A stretch of DNA of 64,000 nt, from the NCBI GenBank assembly GCA_013239625.1, contig MU053881.1, positions 4,733,957 to 4,797,956 of the forward strand, written 5' to 3'. Shown piece after piece: positions 51,199 through 63,920 of this stretch. Source of the DNA: Lama guanicoe (taxonomy: Eukaryota). Position numbers and translations under genes: made by a program. The notes beneath the pieces are model-generated. The model had not been told where the DNA came from and made no database searches. It worked only from the letters and a program-made list of their open reading frames with translations. Position 1 is the stretch's first letter. Every line of letters starts with the position of its first letter.

Positions 51199-51506
51199 TT
51201 TTTCTAAATTATTTTTTTAACTTTTTTAAAAACATTTTTTATTTGGGGGCAGTGGTAATTAGATCTACTTATTTATTTATTTTTAGAGGAGGTACTGAGG
51301 ATTGAGCCCAGGACTTTGTGTATGCTAAGCATGCACCCTACCACTTGAGCTCTACCCACCCACCTTTTTTTCACTTTTTTTTTTAATTGTAAGGGGTGGG
51401 GGGGGTAATTAGGTTTATTTATTTTAATGGAGGTACAGGGGATTGAACCCAGAACCTTGTGCATGCTAAGCATGCACTCTACACTGAGCTATATACCCTT
51501 TCCCCC
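51199..51506 (-). mobile_element. Two tandem Vic-1-like SINE units (~51199-51362 and ~51365-51506)
   Basis: Two consecutive reverse-complement copies, each with A box, B box, GGTAATTAG segment and T-rich tail. Confidence 0.85.
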
Positions 51507-54500
51507 AACTCAGTCCTTTTCATTGTCTCCAGGGTAACAGAGTTTTATGGGTTTGGTTAAAATAACAGACCGCAAAATTCTCTCGTACAGCCAATAATTT
51601 CTAGCCACCCTTTTTAAATAAAAGCCTCTATGGCCAAAGTCACTAATTAATCCACCAGTCTCATTTCCACCTTCTTCCTTTTCATCGTAGAACCCCCATC
51701 CCACCCTGACTGCCCAGGTAAAGACCACGTTTCCCAGCCTCCTTTGCAGCAAGGGGTGGCCCCAACCCAGTGCTCAGAACGACTGTGAGAAGACGTGGTG
51801 CGTGCCACTTCCACGTCACTTCCTCAAAAGAAGGCTGCCTACCGTCGACTTCCTTTCTCTTTCCCCCATCACACAGGCTGGTTCACAGACACGATGACCA
51901 ACAAGACAGATGGAATCTGAGGCCCCACATGACACAGTAGAGCAGGGCTGCCCCTCCCGCCCCATGCCCCAGCTACTGAGAGCCCACAGCCTGCCTCACC
52001 CACGTGCTGACTAGGAGCTCCTGGCGCTGGATGTGACAGGAAAACACGAGAGCCAGTTAAAGAGAAACTCCCTGCTTCACTTCTACAATCAAGCAGCAAC
52101 TGAAGTTTGTTCTTAATTAATTTTTATATACACACACAAGACCCAAAACTCAAAATACGCAGAAGTATTTATTATGAGAGGTCTCCCCTGATGCTAAACT
52201 CACCTGGCCAGATCCCACCCCACTCTCAGCCCCCAGGTAACGACTGGTTTTGGTTTCCTGTGGCCTCTTCAATAATTCTTTTATGCACATGTAACTGATA
52301 AATGCTTATACTTGCTTCTTATTCACACGAAACATAATTTTCTATATTCTACACCCAACACTCTACACTGGTACCACTTCTGGGAATCTATTTCTAGAAA
52401 ATAACTAGAAATGGTGCTATGTGACCAAAGATATTAATTTCAGCATTATTTATAACAGTTTAAAAAAAAAACCAAGGAACCCTTAATGCACAGAAACAGG
52501 AAACTTAGCTTTAAATTTGTAAAAAGTATTCCATGACATGGAAAAATGCTTCTGATTTTATATTAAGTGGAAGAATCAGATCAGACATACAGTGTGGTTT
52601 CAACCATGTGAAAAATACGCATAGGAAATGAAAGGAAAGACCCCACACCCAAAAATCTGTAGTGCTTTTTGTCAATTGGAGAAATTATTTTTTCTTCCGC
52701 TTCTTTGTTCCCCAAAATGACAACAATGAGCTTGTAATTTTTCCATACAATAGGAGAGGGGATAGGACAGGGGAGGCAGAGATGTACCATCCTCCTCTCT
52801 TCAGACGCACGCCCAAGGTGTCTGAGCGTCTTCACCTGTAAGAGTGACTCTGACTGGGGAGGGTCAGAATAAAGGCCAAATTGGATTTTTTGTTCCTCTG
52901 TTTGGAATTCCTTAGCCCCAGGCCTTGATGCTTCCTTTCCTTCTGCCTCTGTTCAGCTTGCTCCCCTGAATATCTCTGGTCCCTGTGTAGCTAAGCTGGG
53001 AAGCCACCGTTCCAGGTGGAGACTGGCACAGCAAAGGCAGAGCCTTTCCACGAGTGGGTGGAGCTTGAATTGTATTTCTCCTTTCACCCTAAGGAATGAC
53101 TGTTCCCCAAACAAGATGCTGCTTTACTTTATGTCAATCAAGAAGTGTCTCCTTTGCCACCCCTACCTCGGCTTCCCCCGCAGCCCGTACCCACCAATAA
53201 GCCCCCATCCAGGTACGTCCGCCTCCTCTCCCCTTCCGTGCCAGACCACCATGGCTCCATGGATTTCCCACATTTTTCCATCTTCATTTGAGTTCGGCCA
53301 GCATTTTCCAATGCATGGTATTGCCTGGATTTTTAAAAATTAGTAAGTATTGACTTTAAAGTATATTAAGACAAAATACAATGAGGGTCTCACAGCCATG
53401 ATTTCTTGGATATTATGGAGTTCCCAAGTTAAAAAAAATACCTGCTTCAATAAAAACATTGTATCAATAAATGTATTGTTTAACTTAATATGTTTACCTT
53501 TATATATCTTTATTTATACATTATTTCTCTTACCCGGCTATGGAAAACAACAAGGTTTAGGAAACTCTACATTTGGGTATTCTTTTTTTTTTTTTAATGT
53601 TTTAATACATACCTGGGAGGGATAATTCATTGCCACCCCTGAGATCCCCACCCCGAGAGGCAGGCCTGGGCAGAGAAGCATGGACAGAGGCGAAGCCGCC
53701 CGGGAGGGGCAAATGGGAAGCCAGGATGAATGTACTGTTTTTCCTGGTGAATCCCAGGAAGGCAGAATCCCACCCGGCTCCATCCGGAGCATCTTCCTGA
53801 CCGGGTCGTGGGCGGCCAAGGTGTTGTCCCCTTTCACCCAGGAGAGGGCATGAGTCTGCAAGCAACCTGCCGCCGCCGCCGGCCGCGGGCACCAGGCAGA
53901 AGCCCCCTCACCAAGCACCAGGGCCGGGCGCGCTTCCCACGTGCTGAATGACAGACTGCCTTTTCGAGTCACTTGCTGAGGTCACTGAGTCCAAACCTAG
54001 TGAGATACAACATACTTTTGAAAAACCTCATTTCCGGAAGGAAGAGCTGACAAGCCAGGATCTCCCCACCTCCTCCAAGGCCGGGGAAGCAGGAGCAGGA
54101 ATGGGGGGGGTGGAAACAAAGATGGACCAGGTTAAACAGAGAAGGGCCTTTTAATCCCCCTGCACTTAAGTTTGGGACTCATGAGCACTTGGCGCTTTTT
54201 CGGGCAGCCTAAAATGAGGGTCCTTCAGCGCTCCTCACATTCTACTAAGGAAGGACACATGGGTGGGAGTGGGATGGGCTCGGAGGCAGGCAGGCGACTT
54301 CCTAGACTCGAAGACTTCAGGGGATTAGGACAGTGACAGGCGTCTTCTGCAGGGAATGCTGCCAACCTCCCCCTGCCCCCACCTCCCCCCGAAGCCTGGG
54401 TCCAGCCTTCACCAGCTACCCTTGAGTCCAGCCTCTCCCCATGTCTCAGTTCACATCTCAGGACGTTTGGGGCAGGGGGGCAGGGGACAGAGGGTTTGGC

Positions 54501-55887
54501 AGGTCCAGTCCCTACCAACTGCCACCTTGCCGGGCGTGAGCAGAACAGCAGGTGGGTCCAGCAGGAAGGCGCAGTTCGCCTGTGTTGGCATCTGGCTGCA
54601 TCACGCTGCAGCTTCCATGATATAAATACTGGGAGCGAAAATAGCTAATCCCAGATAACAGCAGTGTAATCACCCAGCGCCCGGCCTGGAATCCCGGAGA
54701 ATTTGGAGGGAGCAGCTGCCGGGGCTCCCCCTCCAGCAGCCTGCTGCCCCTGGGTGGCCTGGGCTGAGCGTGTAAGCCAGCACAAAGCTGGGGGAGCGGG
54801 GAGCAACTGGAGGACAGAGACCTGATGAAAAATACCTCGAATTGCCACCCTGCCTGGGAAGAGATGATTTTTTTTTTCTAGAAGCACCATGAAAATTCTG
54901 AGCTTGCAGCAACGTGAACCTGGTATCTGGTCTTAGTTGTAACTGGGCTCCTGGTCTCATGTGATGATACACATGGAATCGTCCAAGTTTGGGTTTTTGG
55001 TTTTTAGGTTTTTTAGCTTCTGGGTATGATTATCACCCCTGGTGTCACTGTGGTTCCCCCAGTCTGGGAGGTCGAGCCTCTCCCATGTTCCTCCTGCATT
55101 CTGGTCCTGAGCACCAGGGTGGTCAGTCTGTGGCCGCCAACCCCGGGCTCTTGAATTCATTTCTGATGTGCTGGCTGCACCCAGTGGTTACTGCTGAGGT
55201 TGCAAACGATGCGACCACCTCCCCCGTGGCGATCACCAACTGTCTGGGAGAAGCTGCCAGGCCTGCTGTCTGTCCTCAGTCATTCTGTTTAAGCAGCACA
55301 TTTAATTAGGGCTGGATGAGATGGTGCAAACAGCTCAGGGCTCCCCTGCCCTGTTCAGAGTGTGCCTTGATTCTCCGGTTGACGTACAAGCCATCCCCAG
55401 CCGCCAGTCATGTCTGTCCTCACACTCTCTGTGCTTTGTCCCAGCTTCCCAGCTGTGCTTCTGAAGGGCCCTGGGCACTCAGATCCCTCCTGACAATCGT
55501 GAGGCGCTCTCTCGCTCAGACACCACTGCAGACAGAGCCTGGCAGCCCTGGAATCGGCTTGGTCTGGGCCACTGGGGATGGAAACTGATGGGCTGAGGCC
55601 ACAGAGGGGCTCCGAAGCAAGGATGGGAGCCGGGCCTCACAAATACGTCCCTGGTGAGCACCCAAGACATTTGATTCCTTATGGAAGCATCACTACCATT
55701 CTCTCCTTACCCAGGAAGAGGAGAGATTACAAACCAGAAGGAATGGGAAGTGGAACCACTTGTCATCTCTGCACAGTCCTGGGGTGGCTGCAAACAAGAC
55801 TTCTGGCTAGGTTCCGAGGGGCTGTTCTCTGGTCCTCTCGGTTGGAGAACCCACCTCATTATGAATAACGTTATTTTTGTTTGGAGG

Positions 55888-55992
55888 AGTTTTTTTCTGG
55901 GGGGGTAATTAGGTTTGTTAATTTATTCATTTTTAAAAGGGATACTGAGAATCGAACCCAGGACCTCGTGCATGAGCTATACACCCTCTCCC
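55888..55992 (-). mobile_element. Vic-1-like SINE with an internal deletion
   Basis: GAATCGAACCCAGGACCTCGTGCATG joined directly to AGCTATACACCCTCTCCC; the usual CTAAGCATGCACTCTACCACTG segment is missing. Confidence 0.75.
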
Positions 55993-56666
55993 TCTTTGGA
56001 GTTTCATGTCACTTTATCACACAGACTTTCATATTGTCACCATGGAAGAAAGTCACTGTGTCCATTCTCCCTAATACGATTGTGAGACCAGCCGCAAATA
56101 TTTCAGTGAACAGCAAGCCTTGAGCTGCACAAATCTCTGATCCCTCAGCTCAAGGCAGTGGACGGAGCAGATGGAAGGTTTGCCCACCTCGCCCACGGGA
56201 GATGGAGACCCTGTCAAAAGAAGCGACTGTGAGGCCGACAGGCCACCCGGGCCACCACAGGAAGCTCAGCCACCAAGATCAAATTTGAAAAGAGTGTTTG
56301 GAAGACATAGGGAAATGCTTACGATTTTACACCAAGCAGGAAAAATTGCATACTATGCAATCTCAGTCATGTAAAATATACCGAAGGAAAGATGACAGAA
56401 CCACACACCTAAATATTTTCCACGCTTTTTGCGGCTTTGTAAAATTGTAGTTTCTTTTTCTTCTTTCTCATGAGCTCATCGCCCCATGGGTTTCATCCCA
56501 ACTTCTGTGCTTTCTAAAGAAGGAACACGGGGCCTGACAGCCACCTGTGCACGAAGGAGACCCAGGACGTCTCGCACATGACTGCTTCGGCGAAGGCCGG
56601 AAAAAGGTTTCAAGTTAAAAACTGTGTAAGAGAGTCGAATTAAAATATTAAATGAAAAATAATAAT

Positions 56667-56835
56667 GGGGGAGGGTGTAGCTCAGTGGTAGAGCACATGC
56701 TTAGCATGCACAAGGTCCTAGGTTCAATCCCCAGTACCTCCAGTAAGTAAGTACACAAACAAACAAACCAACCTAATCACCTCCCCCCTCCAAAGATATA
56801 AACAAAAACTATTTTTAAAAGCTTAAAAAAAAGAA
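56667..56835 (+). mobile_element. Vic-1-like SINE (long type)
   Basis: A box, B box, AACCTAATCACCTCCCCC segment, A-rich tail. Confidence 0.85.
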
Positions 56836-56928
56836 AAAATGATAAATTAAAGTACTAAATAAAAAAAATTCTGCCTAGTTGTGGCAAACAACTGATGTTT
56901 GTAGGAAACTCTACATTAGTGTATTAAT

Positions 56929-57043
56929 CTTTTTTATTAAAAAAGACTTAAAAAATTTTTTTAACGGAGATACTGGGGATTGAACCCAGGACCTCGCAAA
57001 TGCTAAGCACACACTCTACCACTGAGCTATACCCCCACCTCCG
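56929..57043 (-). mobile_element. Vic-1-like SINE (short type)
   Basis: Reverse-complement A and B boxes; TSD TAGTGTATTAAT at 56917-56928 and 57044-57055. Confidence 0.85.
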
Positions 57044-59046
57044 TAGTGTATTAATTTTTAAAAAGAAAAAAAAACTTATTTTAAAAATATGTACAAATGT
57101 CTGACTTGGTGACAGATAACCCATTTCCACTCTCGAGATTCCTGTCCCAAAAGGGGGACCCACACAAAGAATCAGAGAGAGGGACAGAGCTTCACAGTCA
57201 GCATGTGGAAGGCCAGGAGGCCCCTAAACAGAGGGCAACCCCCCAGTGAATCCATGAGGCCCCATTGGGAGCCCCTTCCGCATCCGGTCAGATTCAGCCT
57301 GGGTCCAGATACTGCTCATCCACTTAAAGACCCTTGGTAACAGTCACCCGAAGACTGACATCAAAGATGACATTTGGGATTGTAACTACAGTGCACCCTA
57401 ACTATCCGAATCTCTTACTCCTCATTGAAAAGGTCTTCCTTACATATTTAACAGAAAACAAACCCCAACATAACAAGAGAATAAAGGGAAATGACATTTG
57501 TTGAATGCATACAATGTTCCAGAAATTACATTAGAAACAGGACAATGTAGCATATCAGAGATGCAACCAGAGATGGCTATCACACTGCTGTCCATTTCAT
57601 AGATGAGAAAACCGAGCCTCAGAGAGGTTAAATAGCTCATCCAAGGTCACCAGCTCGACATGGTCAAGCAAAGCTTCAGATCTGCTGACACCCAGGCCCA
57701 AGGTCTTTGCACCAAGTCTCACTAACCCTTGCCTCTGCAAGGACTTCCTCATGCACAGAAAGCCACGAGGGGCTGGGAGCAGAGGGAGGAAGAACATGAG
57801 CTGAGACTGACAAGATCCCAGGGGGTTGACAACCTCTCTCCCCAGACATTTCACCACTGGGGAGACACATGGGCTCAGAAAAAGAAAGCCAGGGAAGGAA
57901 AAGGAGCAAAGGATCAAAAGCAAAGGCAGGGAGGAGCCTCACCGTGGAATCAGCTTCTCGGCTCTGGGCCGTTGGGCTACAGCCCACTGGCCAGTATGTA
58001 AATGTGGGGTCCGCTGCGTATGAAATCAACAAGACCAGGTCTTCCATCTCTGCCAGACAGGCAACTCCAGCTGTAATCTAATCGCACCCCTTGAAGCCCC
58101 AGCCAGCAATCTCGTTCCCTCACCCTGTCACAAATGCCATCACATTGCATCACAGATTCCCCTCACACGCACAGCCCCGGCAGGACACTGGGACCTGTCT
58201 TGGCCACACATCCACAGATCGGCAGGGTCAGCCCTGGTTCTGCACAGTTCACAAAGGCCAAAATAAGAGTGAGACCAGAGAGGGGCCCCTGCGGGCAGCA
58301 GGCCTGGCTGGCCCAGGGAGGGCAAGGCTTGGAGGCTTGCTCTTAGCCGAGTCCCGGTTCCTTGCTGCTGCCCACTGTGGGGAAAGTTATTAGGGATAAA
58401 AACAAAAGGAAAGAAATAATCCTAAAATGCAATTACTTTTTTAATTATTTTTTTTAAAGGAGTGAGGAAAAAGATAGTAAAAACTCATCTGATGATTCAG
58501 ATTTTAGATTTGACTGTAATGAACCGGGTACCACTAACTGGTCTGATGTTTGGGGAGTCACAGAGGGACTGCCTGATGCAAACTGCCTTGGCACCACCAG
58601 CCCAGGCCTGGAGTCAGCAGGTGCCCTCCTTCCCAGAGTTCAGATGCCTCTGGGAACTCCGGGATGAGGAGCAGGGGGAAATGAACCTTAGCACGTTGCC
58701 TTTATATTGGGTCGCATGTTTCCAGGTAGTTTATCTCATTTGCCCCCATAGTAATCTGGGAGGCAAGTAAGCCCACGGCTATTGTCCTCTTTCAACTAAT
58801 GAGGAAAGGAAAGCCCAGGGGACCCGCGGTCCTACAAGTACTTTGTGACAGAGCTGAGACTAGAGCTAAAATCTGGAAGCCTGAACTCCCGTTACCAGCT
58901 ATAGCCAACCAGGTAGTTCACACCGACTGCCATTCTGCTGAGGACAAACACAAAACCTGTAGAACAAGCAAATTCTTAATTGGACAAATGGAAGAAATTC
59001 ATGAATTTTCTTGGAATAAAGAAGAGGAACATGACTAAGCTCAGCC

Positions 59047-59202
59047 TTTTCTTTTTTTGTCTTTTTTTTTTCTCTTTTTTTTCTTTTCCTTTATTTTCTT
59101 TTTGGTGGAGGGGGATTAGGTTTATTTATTTAACTATTTTTTTAAGGAAGGTACTGGGGATTGAACCTAGGACCTCGTGCATGACAAGCACATGCTTTAC
59201 CG
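59047..59202 (-). mobile_element. 5'-truncated Vic-1-like SINE
   Basis: Long T-rich tail and B box; TSD TAAGCTCAGCCTTTT (59036) / TAAGCTCTGTCTTTT (59203). Confidence 0.8.
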
Positions 59203-59599
59203 TAAGCTCTGTCTTTTACTTTCCCTGGCCCATTTAAAACTGAAAGATTATTACACTCACAGGCAGTAACAGAATTACCCTGCCCCTCTTATTGGTCAAT
59301 GTAAATTTTTTTAATTATTATTACTATTAGTCCTAAATAGTGATTGCTCTGCCTCAGATGTGAGAATTTGTCACAAAAGCATGCAAAGGTAAAATACACT
59401 GAAAGAAAAAGCTATATAAGCTTTTTTTTAGACGTGGTTTCTTTGTAAGAATTCTGTCTGCCAGAATACCTTTTGAGAAAGAAAAGGAGTAAAGCCAGTG
59501 AAAGACATTGTCATCTTACTTTGTTGCTGTTATTGTTTGTAAACATTTGTTTATGCTTTTACTAAAACGAATGATTACTCACAGTAAAAAGCAAAACAA

Positions 59600-61050
59600 A
59601 CAAACAAAAATCTGCTTCAAGGCATCAGAGAGCTAACAAAATAATGAAGAATTCTCAGCCAGGATGCAGGGGAAGAAGGCGGCTCAGAGCAGTGAGGCCA
59701 TTCTTTGAGCTGCTTTAAGACCTTGGGGGCGTTTGGTAACTCTGCGAGTGGTGGCTGAGAGGCTGAGTGGCACTTTTGACAGCCCCAAAGGGAAAAGGGG
59801 CAGAGGTGGGATCTGAAGCCCACCAAGAGTAGGATGGGGACTTGCTTTGGACTGGAACTCCAAAGGGATGGTCTCTACAAGAAAGTGTGAACCAGAAGTA
59901 GACAGGTCCTTGCAGAGACTACGGCTAAGCTTTAAGTATCCCAAAGCCCCGAAATTAGATTAAAGTAATCCTTGATTGTTGGTGCCCCAGGAACCTGGCA
60001 GAAGCAAACACAAACCTTCTTAGAAGGAAAACAATATTATTGGAGGCCTCCAATAGATTCCGCAAGCAATTTTGCAAAAACAACGCCCAAAACACAATTA
60101 ATAAAAAATAATTAAGGTACAAAGGATACAATGCAGTATTTTTGAAACAAAACCAAAAAAAAAAAAAAAAGAAATGGAAAATCAACAAACAATAGAAACA
60201 GACCCACAGAAGCTCTAGATATTGGTGTTACCAAACACCTTAAAATAACTATGATTACCACATTCTAGGAAGTAAAAGAAATAAAACATAAGGCTGAGGA
60301 TTTTGGTAGCGAACTGAACACTATAAAAAAGAACCAAACAGATATGTTAGAATTGAAAAATATAGTAACTAATATTAACAACTCAAAGGATCGTTTAAGT
60401 TTAAAAAAAAAAGTCGTGGGGGGGAGGGTACAGCTCAGTGGTAGAACACACAATTAGCATACAAGAGGTCCTGGGTTCAATCCCCAGTACTGCCATTAAA
60501 TAATAAATAAGTAAACCCAATTACCTCCTTCCCCTCCAAAAAAAAGAAAAAACATTTTAAAAAAAAATTTTAAATGGTGAACCATGTTAGGTGAGGAGAA
60601 ATTACCAGAATATAGGAGGGAAGACAAAAGGAGAGCAGTATAGAAGATAACGCAAGAGACATAAAAGACACAGTGAGATCTAACATGTGTGTTATTAAGG
60701 ACCCAGAGAGAAGAGAAGGGGAAAATGTCAGAAGCAAGATCTGAAGAGACAACAGCTGAGAATTTTTCAAAAGTGATGAAAGACATCATCATACCACAGA
60801 TTCAAGAAGCCTCACAAATCCCACGGAGGATAAATAAAAAGAGATCCACACTTAGGCACACTGTTACAAAAAAAAAAAAAAGACTACTGAAAAACCAAAG
60901 ATGAAGAGAAAATCTTAAAAGCAGCTAGAGGGAAGAAAAAAAGATAGATTACCTTAAAAAAGGAGCAGGAATCAGGCATACAGCTGACCTTCCATCAGCA
61001 ACAATGGAAACCAGAAGACAATAAGAATGCATCTTCAATTTGCTAAAAGA
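59600..61050 (+). mobile_element. Old L1M 5'/ORF1 remnant
   Basis: A-rich; AATAGAAACAGACCCACAG, GCTGAGAATTTTTCAAAA..GATGAAAGACATC..CCACAGATTCAAGAAGC, GAGAAAATCTTAAAAGCAGCTAGAG; frame is disrupted. Confidence 0.75.
60418..60570 (+). mobile_element. Vic-1-like SINE nested in an old L1
   Basis: A box, B box, CCCAATTACCTCC segment and A-rich tail interrupting L1 ORF1-like sequence. Confidence 0.85.
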
Positions 61051-61939
61051 ACTCAGGTCCCTTGTCTACAAACCCAGTTCTCTGTCTACTGCACTATGCT
61101 GCCTCCCAAGCTTTCATTTCCTAGTGGCTTCTAGAGCTAGACAAACCTGAGTTCAAATGCTAGCTGTTTGATCTTAAGCCTCTGCTTTCTTTCTGTACAA
61201 CACAGAAGAGAAAAATTCAGTAGAAAACGTACATAAAGTATCTGGTACTAGCAGCTCAACAAAACTGAATCGCTGCTCCTTCATTTTTTCTCTTCATTTC
61301 CCTGAGACTCCGATATCCCCTCAAATGAACACCATTGGTAAATTGTGTCCCCCTTCTCTGGTTTTCTCTTGTAACACAGTTCAAGCCCTAGTGATTTGCT
61401 GAAACCACAGTTCGATTACACATACTCAGATTTTCTAGGAGAATGGTCTGCTTTATCGCATCTCACCATCTTGAATGATTCTTCCTTCTTGAGCTCTCCC
61501 TGTCTGTCCTGGTCTAAATCACTCAGTGCAGCTCCTGTGAGCCAGAGCTCACTGCTCCGGCCACCCCCCTCCTGACTGCCACACACATGAGGTTGGTGAC
61601 CACTTGTCTTTTCCTGCAGTGATGTGTCAGATACCTGATTGCCTTAGGGTTGAGCTGAAGCTATATCCCGGAAGGCCAGAAGCATGAACTTGACCCTGGC
61701 AAACCTAGAGCTCCAGGAAGACAGCAGGTCCTCAACCACATGATCATAGGACACCAGTTAACACTTGGTGAGAACCTGCCAAGGGTCAGGTGCTGCACTG
61801 AGTGTGGCTGCTGCAGATAGAAGACATGGTGCTGCCCTCAAGACACTCCTAGTCTACCGAGGAACAAACCATTTCAACAAGTACCAAAGTAGGGTGTGAT
61901 GGAGTTAGGGGGAGGGGAAAATAACTTGAGCAAAGACAA

Positions 61940-62515
61940 GACCGGTCCTGAGCCCTCTTTCTTTCTCTACAGTCTCCCTGCTTAATCTTATCCATTGCCA
62001 TGGCTTTAAATACCATCTGTATACACTGATAGACTCCACACGTCACATCTCCAGCCCAGATCGATCCACTTAACTCCAGACCCAGAAGACAACTGCCCAT
62101 CAGAAACCTAAATGTCTAATAAGAATCTAAAACTTAACACAACCCGAAAGAGAACTGAGTTCCTGCCTTAAATCCCACACCTCACTCACACACACACAGA
62201 CCTGATTTTCTTCAAGTCTTCCCCACCCCAGAAAACCATACTAGGTACTTAAGCCAGACACTTAAGTGCTGAGATGTCCTTCATTCTCTTTCCTTCTCCC
62301 TCAAACCGATCCATCAGCACAGCATTGGACTCTACTTCCAAAACGATCTTATTTACGAGTTTCAGTCTGTTCGTTTATTTTCTCCCACCAGAATGTTACC
62401 TTTTTAAATGCAGGAACACTGTTGTTCTTTGGGGTTTTGTGTGATTTCTTTTCACTTCTGCATCTCAGCTTGTGGAGCTGTGACTGTCATTTCACAGGAC
62501 TTCAATAAATATGTG
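61940..62515 (+). mobile_element. L2 remnant
   Basis: CATGGCTTTAAATACCATCT..., ATCTCCAGCCCAGA..., ends TCAATAAATATGTGTT. Confidence 0.6.
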
Positions 62516-63184
62516 TTACCAGCTAAGAAGGTCAGGGAGGGTGTCAGCAGGGAGGTGATATCTGAGCTGGGTCCTGAAATGTAAGTCAGTGTTCACCTGC
62601 TGGAGAAGGAGGAAGGGAACGCTGGAAGAGGGAATAGTATGAGCAAAGAGAGAGAAGCAATAAAAAGTGCAGAATGTCTTGGCAGCCCGGACTCGGAAGT
62701 CAGGTGTGCTGTGTTCAAATTCTAGCTCAGCCCCTAGCTCAGTAACTTTTGGCAAAGTAGCTTCCTGACCTGGGAAAAATGGAACTAACGCTAATACATT
62801 CTTCATAGGGCCGTGTGGGGAATTTAATAATAGGCACAGCACATTATAAGCATGCCATCAATGGTAGTTTGATTAATATGAATCAATAATCATTATACAT
62901 TTATAATGAGTAACAGTCTTAATAATTTGGTGTGGTTAGAATGTGGGATGCATGAGAAGTTTCTGGGAGATGTGACTAGATGATCAGGTTAGAGTCAGAA
63001 CACCAGAGGTCAGGGGACCCTCAGAATCATGCAGTTAGTGGCCAAGTGACTATGGCTCTGCAAATTATTTTGTCACTCAAAACATTAGGTGATCAGCAAA
63101 CTCTCACCTGAAAGCATGCTTCTACTCTGATGCTAGCAAACAGCAGTCAGCTAATACAGGCAATTCTCAATTATGACAGTGGTG

Positions 63185-63635
63185 CATTCATTCTTTACTG
63201 CTGTGTAACAAATTACCCCAAATCTTGGCATCTTAGAAAACAACGAACACTTATTATCTCATATAGTTTCTGTGGGTCAGGAATACGGGAAAAAATTTAG
63301 CTGGGTCATTCTGGCTTGGGGGTCTCTCATGAGACTGAAGTCAAGTTTCAGACATCTGAAAACTTAACTGGAGCTGGAAGATTCACTTTCAGGATTGTTC
63401 ACATGGTTGGCAATTGCAAGCTGGCTGTTGGCAAGAAGCCTTAGTTACTCACCACATAGACCACAGGGCTGCTTGAGTGTCCTCACAACATGGCAGCTAG
63501 TTTCCCTCAGAACAAGTGATCCCAAAGAGAGCAAGGAAAAAATCACGTCTTTCATGACCTAGCACCAGAGGTCACACACGGTCATTCCTAAATACCTTAC
63601 TGGTGACCAGGTCAGCCCTACTCATTGTGGGAGGG
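63185..63635. mobile_element. MLT1-type LTR remnant
   Basis: CTGCTGTGTAACAAATTACCCCAAA...ATTATCTCATATAGTTTCTGTGGGTCAGGAAT...GGCTGCTTGAGTGTCCTCACAACATGGCAGC. Confidence 0.7.
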
Positions 63636-63920
63636 CCAGGGAGCCTCAGCGCTTCCCCACTTGGCCTCTCATCCTTCCAGAATACTAAGTTATCTTAGGC
63701 ATTGACTGCCCCAGTTGGCCAGAGTGGACCTGAATTTTTCTTCACATCCCAACAGATGGAACAAAATAACAATGCTGAAAGAGAAAGTACAAAAATGGAA
63801 AGCAAAAGAGGGCTGCTGAAGGAATATGGTAATAATAATAATAATATAATAATAATAGCTATCATTTACCAATTGCTTCCCTTATATTGGACAAAGACCA
63901 AGATCTCTCCCAACTTCATC

